A stretch of 63,863 bases of DNA, the filler included, from Chiloscyllium plagiosum (lineage: Eukaryota): the NCBI RefSeq assembly GCF_004010195.1. It is 3 parts of one record of this genome, joined end to end, with 100 filler letters (N's around TTAATTAATTAA, not from the genome) between each part and the next. Parts side by side here need not be neighbours in the genome. Positions count along the whole stretch, not along the records: positions 28,483 to 53,578 come from NC_057711.1; positions 53,679 to 63,863 come from NC_057711.1; 1 more part is not named here. One strand, given 5' to 3'. A program made the position numbers and the translations under genes. A model generated the notes under the pieces. The model was not told where the DNA came from. It searched no databases and saw only the letters and a list, made by a program, of their open reading frames with translations. Positions 51,681-63,863 of the stretch are shown piece after piece. The stretch's first letter is position 1. The number at the start of each line of letters is the position of its first letter.

Positions 51681-53257
51681 GGCAATGCTACCCACATCCC
51701 CACGAACGAATATAAAACAAATTTTCTAGTCTGCCCTGCCCCGATTCCCCCCGGTATTTCCCAGGCTTGTCTCTCTCCCTGTCACATTCTGCACGACTCC
51801 CCCAAAGTAAATTCCACTGCCTCCCACTCCCTGTGCCCCGGCAGGTATCCGCTCTCCTGTCTATCGGTGATTCACTCATATCGGTAAACCCTCTCCCCGC
51901 TCTCAGTGTAAATGCCTCCTCTCCATTTGCATTATCAGCACCATCTCCTAATCTCGACAGCCTTATCGAGATGTGAGCCGGGGACAGTTTTGAGATTAGT
52001 AACCGTGACATATTCGGAGAGCCAACAATTTCCCCTGATGACTGAAGCCTCGGTTACGTAAAAAGCAGTGAATTGAATTGCTGGTGACCTCTTGCTGTGG
52101 TCAGATTCTGTGACTCTGACTAGCACTGAGTCATGTTATGGAAAGAAACCATTCTGCCCATCTACTGCAATCTGGCTCTCCGTACGGAAATCTGGCCTGT
52201 CCCATTTCCCCTGTCCCCTGTATATTTCATGTTTATCAGATACAATCTGTTTTCTGACGCAATGAACAACTCACTGTCAGTGTGGTGATCAGATAATCAC
52301 AGCACACCAAAGACCAGTTAGTTCACTGCACCAGCACTGAGTGAGTTCTCTATTTGCTCTCGCACCCACACACTTTCCCCTAGAGCCCGGAATGTGGTCC
52401 CCTTCAAATATTTACTCAATTCCTCTTTTTGAATGTTTCTGTTCAATCTGCTCCCACTGTCAGTTCACTGTCTCCAATCACAATCTCTCCCAGGGACCTG
52501 GTGCTGATTGGTTTCAGATCAAACTCCCGAGTCGACTCAACGATCCAAGTAGGAGATTCAGCCCACTGAGGAGATACAGAGAGAGAGAGTGTCTGTGTGA
52601 GTGTTTTTATCTTAGTGTGTGTGTCTGAGTGTGAGACTGTGTGTATGTGTGTGAAAGTGTCCGCGTGTATGAGACAGTACGAGAGTGTGTCTGAGTGCCT
52701 GAGTGTGTATTTGAGTCTGTCGTGTCTGTCTTTGAGTCAGTGAGCATGTGGGTATTTGTGTGAATGTATATGAATGAGAGTATGTGTCTCAGCACGTGTG
52801 TGTGTGTGTGTGTGAGCCTGAGTGAGCGAGTGTGTGTGCGCAGAGAGAGCAGGGTATATTCAGGAGGGCTGGGTAAACCCTGACCGAGTGAGACACACTG
52901 CTCCCTCCCAGATCAGAGACCTATCTGCTCTCGACTTACACAGCAGCAGCAGCAGCTCCTGCTTAACACAGTGTTACCTGGGATTATCAGTCTGATAGCA
53001 GGGACTCAGAGAGTTAACCTGCTGAGGATAGCACCAGACTGTTTTCTAATCAGCCTGCTCAGAGATGCTGTGACAGGTAGGACTTGGTCCCAGACCTCCG
53101 GGCCTAGAGGGAGAGACATTACCAATGTGCTCCAGGAGCTGTAAAGAGCAGGTTGTAACCAACCCTGGATTAGTCCCTTCGTTATGGACAGCCTAGGGGC
53201 GGCTGGAGTGATTAAAGGGTTACATTGAGAGGATCGAGAGAGAATGGGTTCTCTGGA

Positions 53258-53355
53258 AGGGGCTGGGGGAGCGAGGGGGCTGGGAGAGCGAGGGGCTGGG
53301 GGAGCGAGGGGGCTGGGGGAGCGAGGGGGCTGGGGGAGCGAGGGGGCTGGGGGAG
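53258..53355. repeat. About 17-bp G-rich tandem repeat
   Basis: (gggggctgggggagcga)n, about 5 units. Confidence 0.85.
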
Positions 53356-53578
53356 TTGGATGGGGAGGGAGCTGGGGTGTGCTGCAAAGCCACATGAAGA
53401 GTGAGTCGGGAGCAGACCCCCAGCAATGGCCTGACCAGATGCCCCATAGACCAGACATGTGGTCAGAGGCCTTCCCCACCCCTACAGCCAGGAAAGGGCA
53501 GGAGGTTGGGAATCAGAATCTCAGATCAGGAAGGGAAGTGGGCTGAGGGCTCACCATGAAAGGGCTGGTTCAGAGGCA

Positions 53579-53678
53579 NNNNNNNNNNNNNNNNNNNNNN
53601 NNNNNNNNNNNNNNNNNNNNNNTTAATTAATTAANNNNNNNNNNNNNNNNNNNNNNNNNNNNNNNNNNNNNNNNNNNN
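53579..53678. other. Artificial 100-bp join: 44N-TTAATTAATTAA-44N
   Basis: Same linker as at 28383-28482. Confidence 0.95.
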
Positions 53679-54515
<837 letters not shown>

Positions 54516-54699
54516 TCAGAGGGGGAAAAACGGGAAACGGGTTAGCACAGGGTCACACCGTCACAGCACAGGGAGAGAACACATTTCAGCATCGGGCAGG
54601 GCCTGCATTCGGGGAGCAGTGTCCAGGCCGTCCCCACTGTAAAACATCTGTTTCTTACTGACTGCTTGACTGTTAGACAGCGGCTCAACTCAGTCTCTT

Positions 54700-54950
54700 C
54701 CTGAGTCAGAGAGGTATTAGTGAGGAGCACAGCAAGATCCCACAAACAGTGATCTGGATAATGACCAGGTGATGTGTGAAAAGCTGATGGGGATTCAGGG
54801 GATACTGCTGAACAGGTCACCCTTCTGCAAAGTATTGCCAGGAGGTCTGTTTCGGTGACCTGGTCAGAAAACCAGCACCTCAGACAGCGCACCACCTCCT
54901 CAGTATTCCAGCCACTCCCAGGCTGAGGCTTCTGGGGTGACACCTCGTGC
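54700..54950 (-). mobile_element. Decayed Deu-domain (SacSINE1/AmnSINE-like) SINE; another near 31730-32160(+)
   Basis: gcacagcaagatcccacaaaca / ataatgaccag core recalled from this SINE group. Confidence 0.5.
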
Positions 54951-54954
54951 CTCA

Positions 54955-55269
<315 letters not shown>

Positions 55270-55552
55270 TCAGAGTGAACAGGCACCCAACAAAGACCCT
55301 GAACCCAAAGGCGCTGCCCCCCCCCCCCCCCGCACTGCCCCCAACCCTGCCCCTCAAAGGGTAAGCCCAGCGTGAGGCACCACACTGGAAATTCGGCTAC
55401 GAAGGTATCACTTCACTGAAGCAGACACACACCTTCCAACTGCAGAGGGCCCGGGAGCCCAAAATAAAACTGAAAAGAACTACAGGTGCTGGGCATCAGA
55501 AACCAAAAAGCTCAGTAGGTCTGGCAGCACCTATGGAGAGAAATCAGAATTA

Positions 55553-55789
<237 letters not shown>

Positions 55790-56189
55790 CTAAACTTCAC
55801 ACAGACAGTGACATCTCTGATACATGTGAGATCCTGAAAGGGCTTTACAGAGCACAACCTGGGAGTGTGTTTCTAGAACACAGGGTCAAGGGTCAGCCAT
55901 TTTGGACTGAGATGAGGAGAAATGTCTTCTTTCAGAGGCTGGTGCATCTGTAGAATGGCCTGCCCCACAGACTCCACGTTTGATTATGTTTACGGCTGGG
56001 ACCGACCGTCTTTAATGGCTGTGTCGAGTGCTGGAGCAGTTTGGACGGACAGAATGGTCTTACTGCTGGTGTGTTTTAATAGGGCTGCATCTCCAGTTGA
56101 TGGGATGTGTCAGGGTGGGACATCACCTCTCCAGCCAGTCCAAAGTCTTTCCATAACCAGCTTGTAGGGATTGGCTCCCTGAAACCATG

Positions 56190-57520
56190 TGACATAGGAG
56201 CAGAGGCAGGCCATTCGGCCCATCGAGTCTGCTCCACCATTCAGTGGGATCGTGTCTGATCTGATCATCCCCAACCCCACTTTCCTGCCTTTCCCCCATA
56301 ACCCTCGATCCCCTTCCTGACTAAAACTCTCTTCTCTTGCCGCCTTGACTATTCTGAACGACCCAGCCTTGACAGCGCTGTGGTGGGGAGCTCCCCTCTG
56401 AGGGAATAAATTGGTCGTGTTTTAAATGGGTGAGCCCTTATTCTGAGATGATACCGTCTAGTCCTAGACTCTCCCTCAAGGGGAAGCAACCTTCCCACAT
56501 CCACTCTGTCAAGTCCCCTCACAATCCTGTACGTTTCTATAAGGTCGTACCTCGTTGTTCTCTACTCCAGTGAGCACAGGCCCAACCTCTCCGCTTAAAA
56601 CACCCCCCCCATCCCCAGAATTAACAAGAGCTGTCGCTGGACTGTTTCCAATAGCAGCATATCTTTCCTCAGATAAGGAGCCGAAAACGCTCACACTGTG
56701 GCCTTGTATAATTTTAGCAAAACTGTCCGATTTTTATACAGAACTTGGATGGCTGGCTTTTGGACGTGCAGGGACTGTGAAATGCCTCAGTTCTGTAGCT
56801 TTCCACAGTCTTTCTCCATTTAAATGTCATTCAACTCCTCCAGGCTTACTGTCAAAGTGCATAATCTCACATTTACCCATATTATACTCTACCTTCCAAA
56901 GTTCTGCTAATTCACTAAACCGGTTATTTATCCCGGTGTGTTATCCTCACCCCATGCCTTCCCAACTATTTTCATGTCATCCACAAACTCCAGTGACTTC
57001 CCCCATCCCAGTCATTAATATTTATTGTAAACCATTGTGGCCCCAGCACTGATCCCTGCGGCTCTCCCCTAGTTACAAACTGTCATCCTGAAAATGCCCC
57101 CTTTATCCCAACCCTCTGTTTTCTGTCAGTTAGCCAATCCTCTATCCATGTTAATATACTGTCCTCAACACCATGGGCTCTTATTAAGTTGCCTAATGTG
57201 TGATACCTAATCAGACACCTTCTGAAAATCCAAATCTATTACACCCACTGCTCCCCCTTCATCTATCCGGATTGGGTGTGATTTCCCCTTTGTGAACCCA
57301 CACTGACCCTGCTTGCTCAGAGTCTGTATGTCTCAATGCCCTGCTCATCCATCCTTTAGAATAGGTTCTAACATTGTCCCAGTAACAGACGGTAAGCTCA
57401 CTGGCCTGTAGTTACCTGTTTTTTTAACCTCCTTCCACACTGACAGTTTCCCAGAAGCCAAGGATTCCTGGAAGGTTATGACCAGTGGATCCACTAGCTC
57501 TGTAGTCATTTCCTTTAGAA
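56190..57520 (-). mobile_element. Decayed CR1 in PRKAA1 intron 2
   Basis: GNYRPVSL and CR1 3' UTR; followed by a Penelope terminal repeat at 57520-57650. Confidence 0.75.
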
Positions 57521-58825
57521 GGATTCCTGAAGGGCTCATGCCCGAAACGTCGATTCTCCTGCTCCTTGGATGCTGCCTGACCTGCTGCGCTTTTCCAGCA
57601 ACACATTTTCAGCTCTGATCTCCAGCATCTGCAGTCATCACTTTCTCCATGCTCCCTGAAGGGTCTGTTTCCGTGCTGTACATCTTGATGACTCTGGCTT
57701 CCCAGGAATCTTTGCGACAATTTTTTTTTCCATTTTCAATGCGATGCTATCACTAACTTCCCTGGTTAACCATGGTTGGCTTACCTCCATCTTCGAATCC
57801 TCTTTCCTGACGGGAATATGTCTTTGCTGTGACCCATCAACTATGTATAAAAACCTGCCATTGTTCCTCAGCTAACACCTTTACAAAACTCCTTTCCCAG
57901 GCCCCTCCGACCAGCCCTGCCCTCATCCCACTCAAACTGAATGCAAAATTCAAACAGGTTATAGGCCACTGCCTCTGAGGGCAACTCCCACTCTAAGATC
58001 ATTTTTTAAACCTGTCCTGTCGCATGTCCAAGATGCATTGATCCCTGGTTGGCTCGACAACATATCCAATGCTATGAGCAGCACGGTGGCTCAATGGTTA
58101 GCAATGCTGCCTCACGGCGCCAGGGACTCAAGTTTGACTCTAGCCTCGGGCGACTGTCTGTGTGGAGCTTGCACATTCTCCCCGTGACTGCGTGGGGTTC
58201 CTCCCACAACGTAAAGATGTGCAGGTCAGGGGAGATTGGACATGGGAATTTGCCCAGTGTCCAGGGATGTGCGGGCTAGGTGGATTGGCCATAAGAAATG
58301 CAGGGTCACAGGGATAGGGTAGGGGGTGGATCTGGATTTAATGGTGTGAATGGCCTGTGTCAGTACTGTAGAGATTCTCAAGACGTATTGTTCTAGGAGA
58401 CTGTCCTGAAAGCATTACAGCTGAATCCTCCGTGATGTCTTTGGATACGTTGTCAAGCCAATCTGAAGACCCTGGTGAAAGTCCACACTGTGCTTGTTAC
58501 ATGCAGTCATTCTCTCCTGCTTTATCTGATAACCCTGGGCCTAGCAATCTGACCCTGTGTCCACCCTTCTGAAAGGTGATGACATTCACAATGCAATGAC
58601 AACGTCCCACGCTCCATGTTTTAGTGTTTGGTCAGAGGAGACAAGGCTGCGCTGCAGGAGGTTAGGATTGGAGCTAACGGATGCAAAATCTCCCTGACCA
58701 ACCGGACTGTCAGCAGAAACTGTGCCAGGAGGTGGAGGAGGGATCAGGGAGGGGACTGAAGCTAAGAGCTCTCCCAGCAGCACGGGCCCGGGATCCCCAA
58801 CTCTGTACAGGGATACCCCCACTTA

Positions 58826-58996
<171 letters not shown>

Positions 58997-59496
58997 NNNN
59001 NNNNNNNNNNNNNNNNNNNNNNNNNNNNNNNNNNNNNNNNNNNNNNNNNNNNNNNNNNNNNNNNNNNNNNNNNNNNNNNNNNNNNNNNNNNNNNNNNNNN
59101 NNNNNNNNNNNNNNNNNNNNNNNNNNNNNNNNNNNNNNNNNNNNNNNNNNNNNNNNNNNNNNNNNNNNNNNNNNNNNNNNNNNNNNNNNNNNNNNNNNNN
59201 NNNNNNNNNNNNNNNNNNNNNNNNNNNNNNNNNNNNNNNNNNNNNNNNNNNNNNNNNNNNNNNNNNNNNNNNNNNNNNNNNNNNNNNNNNNNNNNNNNNN
59301 NNNNNNNNNNNNNNNNNNNNNNNNNNNNNNNNNNNNNNNNNNNNNNNNNNNNNNNNNNNNNNNNNNNNNNNNNNNNNNNNNNNNNNNNNNNNNNNNNNNN
59401 NNNNNNNNNNNNNNNNNNNNNNNNNNNNNNNNNNNNNNNNNNNNNNNNNNNNNNNNNNNNNNNNNNNNNNNNNNNNNNNNNNNNNNNNNNNNNNNN

Positions 59497-61820
59497 AATA
59501 AAGGAAAGCATACCAAACACCTTCTTCATCACCATGTCTACCTGGGACTCCACTTTCAAGGAGCTATGCTCATGCGCTCCAAAGTCTCTTTATGGTTTAA
59601 CATCAAAGAAAGAGAGAGAGAGTGCGAGTGACTCCATACTGAAGACACCCTCGAGATCTCCCACCTCCAACAGCAGCATCCAAGTTTCAGGATAGGGCTC
59701 TCGAAGTTCCAGAGTGTGTTTGAGAATCACGTGGTTTGGTGATCAATTTCCAACATAAAGACAAGAGCTGAGTTCTTCCCCAGTAGAGGGGGGTAGTTGG
59801 GTGGTGGGGCGCGGGGTGATTGGGTGGTTAATCATAGAGTCATAGAGCTGTACAGCATCGTAACAGACTCTTTTGTCCAACTCATCCAAGCCAACCCGAT
59901 ATCCGAACCTCATCTAATCCCATTTACCAGCACTTGACCCATATCCCTCTGAACCCTTCCTATTCATATACCCATCCAGATGCCTTTTAAATGCTGTCAT
60001 TGTACCTGCCTCCACCTCTGGCAGCTCATTCCATACACGCACCACCCTCTGTGTGAAAAGGTTGCCCTTTAGGTCTCTTTTATATCTTTCCCCTCTCACC
60101 CTAAACCTATGCCCTTTAGTTCTGGACTGCCCCACCCCAGTGAAAAGACTTTGCCTATTTACCTTGTCCATGCCCCTCATGGTTTGATAAACCTCTATAA
60201 GGTCACCCCTCAGCCTCCGATGCTCCAGGGAAAACAGCCCCAGCCTATTCAGCCTCTCCTTACAACTTAAACCCTTCAGTCCTGGTCACAGCCTTGCTAA
60301 ACTTTTCTGTACTCTTTCTTGTTTAACAATAACCTTCCGATAGTTTCCCCTTCACCTTCAGGAGAGAGAGATTGGGTTACTGCACACATTGGAAGGAAAT
60401 CCAACACACCATATGCCTTCTTGATAATTCTATCAACTTGGGTGGCAGCTTTGAGGGATCTATGGACATGGGCCCCAAGATCCCTCTGTTCCTCCACAAG
60501 GCCAAGAATCCTGCCTTTAACCCTGTATTCTGCATTCAAATTTGACCTTCCAAAATGAATCACTTCACACTTTTCCAGGTTGAACTCCATCAGCCACTTC
60601 TCAGCCCAGCTCTGCATCCTGTCAATGTCCCGTTACAATTTACAACAGCCCTCCACACCATCCACAACTCCATCAACCGTCATGTCATCAGCAAACTTAC
60701 TAAACCACTCTTCCACTTTCTCATCCACGTCATTTATAAAAGTCACAAAGAGCAGAGGTCCCAGAACAGATCCCTGCAGAACACCACTGGTCACTGAGCT
60801 CCGTGCTGAATACATTCCATCTACCACCACCCTCTGTCTTCTATGGGCCAGCCAATTCCATATACAGAATTGGCTGTATCCCATGCCTCCTTACTTTCTG
60901 AGTGAGCCTACCAGGGGAACCTTATCAAATGCCTTGCTAAAATCCATATACTAGGAGAAAGTGAGGACTGCAGATGTTGGAGATCAGAGTCGAGAGTGTG
61001 GTGCTGGAAAAGCACAGCTGGTCAGGCAGCATCCAAGGAGCAGGAGAAGCGATGTTTCAGGCATAAGCCTGACCTGCTGAGCTTTTCTAGCACCGCATTC
61101 TTGACTAAAACCCCTGTACACCACATCCACTGCTCTACCTTCATTAATGCATTTTGTCACATTCTCAAAGATAGATTGGGAAGTGGGGAATTGTACAGAG
61201 ATCCTTGTACACCAGTCGCTGAAAGTAACCATGCAGGGGCAGCAGGCAGTGAAGAAGGGAAATGGGATGTTGACCTTCATAGTGAGAGGATTGGTGTCCA
61301 GGAGCTGGGATGTCTTGCTGCAACTGTACAAGGCCTTGGAGAGACCACACCTGGAATACTGTGTGCAGTTTTGGTCTCCTTATCTGAAGAAGGATGGTCT
61401 GATGATGGAGGGAGTCCAGCAAAAACTTACCAATCTGATTCCTGGGATGACAGGACTGACATCGAGGGAGAGGTTTAGATTATATTCAGGGGAGAAGGGA
61501 TGCTCCCAATGACTGGGCCGTCTAGAACTAGGGGGTCACATTCTAAGAGTACAGGGTAGGCCATTTGTGGGACTGAACTGGGGAGAAACGTCTTCACCCA
61601 GAGAGTGGGGAGACTGTGGGATTCTTTGTCACTGAAAGTGGTTGAGGCCAAAGCGTTGAATGGTTTCAAGGAGTGAGATATAGTTCTTGGGGATAAAGGG
61701 ATTAAAGGAAACGAGAAGAGACTGGGAACAGGATATTGGCTTGGATGATCCTATTGAATGGTGGAGCACTCTCGAAGGGCTGAATGGCCTCTTCCGGCTC
61801 CGATGTTCCACATATTTATG
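59497..61820. mobile_element. CR1 cluster: minus copies 59497-61170, plus copy 61170-61820
   Basis: SGVLQGSVLGPLLF, KFADD, MEFNLEKC, HLEYCVQFWSP. Confidence 0.88.
60952..61104. mobile_element. Miniature fold-back element inserted in a CR1
   Basis: Same family, hairpin; degenerate 15-bp flanking repeat ctaaaatccatatac / ctaaaacccctgtac. Confidence 0.6.
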
Positions 61821-63863
61821 TTCTGGAGACCCACCATGGCAGGTGGTAGAATTTGAATTCAATAAAAGTCTGGAATTAAGAATCTATTGATGACCAGGGA
61901 ACTGTCTTTGAAACCCACCTGGGTCACTGATGTCCTATCGGGAGAGAAATCTGCCATCTTTACCTCGTCTGGCCTACACGCGACTCCAGACCCACAGCAA
62001 TTTGGTTGGCCTTTTTAACTGCCCTCTGGGCAATTAAGATGGGCCACAAACGCTGGCCTGGCCAGCAAAGACATGCATCCTGTGAGTGAATAAATGAGAA
62101 AGAAAGTGTAAAATAGGTTTCTACTTGCTGGTGGCTGTGCACCAGAATTAATGTCAGTGACAAAAAAATAGCAGAGTAGAGCTGAAGCAAGTGTGGTTAC
62201 GAGTGCACCACTTAACAGGGCAGGGGAAGCAGATTGCAAGAGGAATTTAGTGAAACGTTTGCAGAGTAAGGGCTGTCAGGAGAGAAAACGCAGCAGGGTA
62301 GCAGCAAATTGGAGGGGTGTGTGTGGACACACTCGCTGAATGAGGGGGAGGAGGAAATGCTGGGCCTTGCTGCTTTGATCAAATGGTTCACTGCCTCTGA
62401 CGAGTTGATGGAGTTCGGAAAACCACAACTGACCTCAATTCTGACAGTGCACATGCAGAGTAACTCAGAAAGCACCCAGCAACATGCACACACTAGCATC
62501 GCTGCTTCAAGGAATTACGCATTCTGTAAATATGAGGGAAATGCTTTCAAGCTGTCCTCATTTCCTGGAATCCTGTTTGGGACTGTATTGTACCACACCG
62601 TCTGTTAGTCCATTCATCCCTACCATCTCCCTCAGACCCTCCCTCACTGCTGTCCTCTCAGACTCTCACCATTTCTCTTCCTCTCATTCTCACACACGGG
62701 ACACAGGGACACCGGCCTATCTGGGGCCTGCTGTCCATCCTGTCTTGCCCATTGAACTGAGTGTCTCACTCAGGGCATTTCCAGGGTTGGTTAAGAGTCA
62801 GCCCCATTGCTGTGGGTCTGGAGTCACATATAGGCCAGACAGGGTAAGGATGGCAGATTTCCCTCCTTGAAAAATACCGGGGTGATCGAGCGTAGTCACC
62901 ATTTGGCTAGCTTTCAATTCCACTTTTTATTGAATTCAGGATACCCCACATGGGACAGGCTGTGGATTGCTCACCTCAATAACTTTACCCGACCTCCATC
63001 TCCTGCATCCCCAGCTGCCCCTCACTCCTGTCTGACTCTCCTCCCTCTCCTATTCAGTCTCAATTTCTCTCTTTGCTCGGTCTTTTCTCTCCCTCCCTCT
63101 CCTTCTCACTCTCTCTATCCCTCTGCGCCTCTGTCCACCCCCTCTCTAGCTCCGCCTCTCTTGTCTTTGACTCAGGGTAATTTGCACTTCACCTGTCCCA
63201 GGTGAGATTGATGCGATCTGGGGGTTGACTCGGGCTGTTTTTGGGATTCCCACAGTGGTGAAGGGACATTTCCTTGTGCATCTGACACCAGACGGCCCAG
63301 AACAACCATCCCACGCTCTCTCGGAGAGTTTTGAATCAAACCACAACTCCACTAACTCAAAACGGCAGGCTTGCAGTTGGAAATTTCCACTTTTGATTTT
63401 ACTGGTGTCTCTTCCATGAACGTTTTGACCAACAGCAGTAAGAGTAAGTCATTAAACCCATCGAGCTGGCTCTGCTAGTCGGTAAGGTGCCCATCGCTGA
63501 TCCCATCACTCCTCTCAGTAACAGTTCACACTGATCATGGGCCTTACGGCAGAACGCTCAGTAACGGGATGTTTGGAAATTTTACAATGAGGGCTCTCTT
63601 TGGACCTTTATAATCCCACAGCCTCTCTCTTTCTCTCTTTCTCTCTCTTTCTGTGTAAGAGTCAGATCTTGGTACAGTCTGGGCACAATTGTCTCCTTCA
63701 CACACACACACATACACACTCTCTGTCACACATTCACACAGACACAAGCATGCACACACTCAGACTCACACACTCTCACACAGATAGACATACACTCACA
63801 CATACACACACAGACACATTTACACATGCACGCACTCTCACACACATGCACAAACACACAGAC

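Noticed and set aside
59497..63863. PRKAA1 exon 1
   Set aside because: No GHY.LGDTLGVGTFGKVK found; ORFs at 62212-62870 show no recognisable homology

Overview
Repeat-rich vertebrate genomic DNA, most likely from a shark (HE1/V-SINEs, CR1 LINEs, Rex1/Babar, Penelope-like elements, 33-bp and 69-bp satellites). It holds partial exon sets of three genes that are neighbours on human 5p13: FBXO4 exons 1-3 (-), the large first coding exon of PTGER4/EP4 (+), and PRKAA1 (AMPK alpha-1) exons 2-5 (-). All have canonical GT-AG junctions with consistent phases. An orphan SERBP1 exon 2 (-), missed by the ORF track, sits inside a Penelope reverse transcriptase. The window is a mosaic of at least six pieces, joined by three gaps of exactly 500 N and two artificial 100-bp linkers (44N-TTAATTAATTAA-44N), so gene distances are unreliable. 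The most interesting signal is a set of small fold-back elements derived from Penelope terminal repeats, each with an 11-16 bp target-site duplication. One is a 406-bp near-perfect palindrome with a minimal hammerhead ribozyme motif in each arm. Gene identities come from recalled protein sequences, not database searches, and repeat boundaries are approximate.
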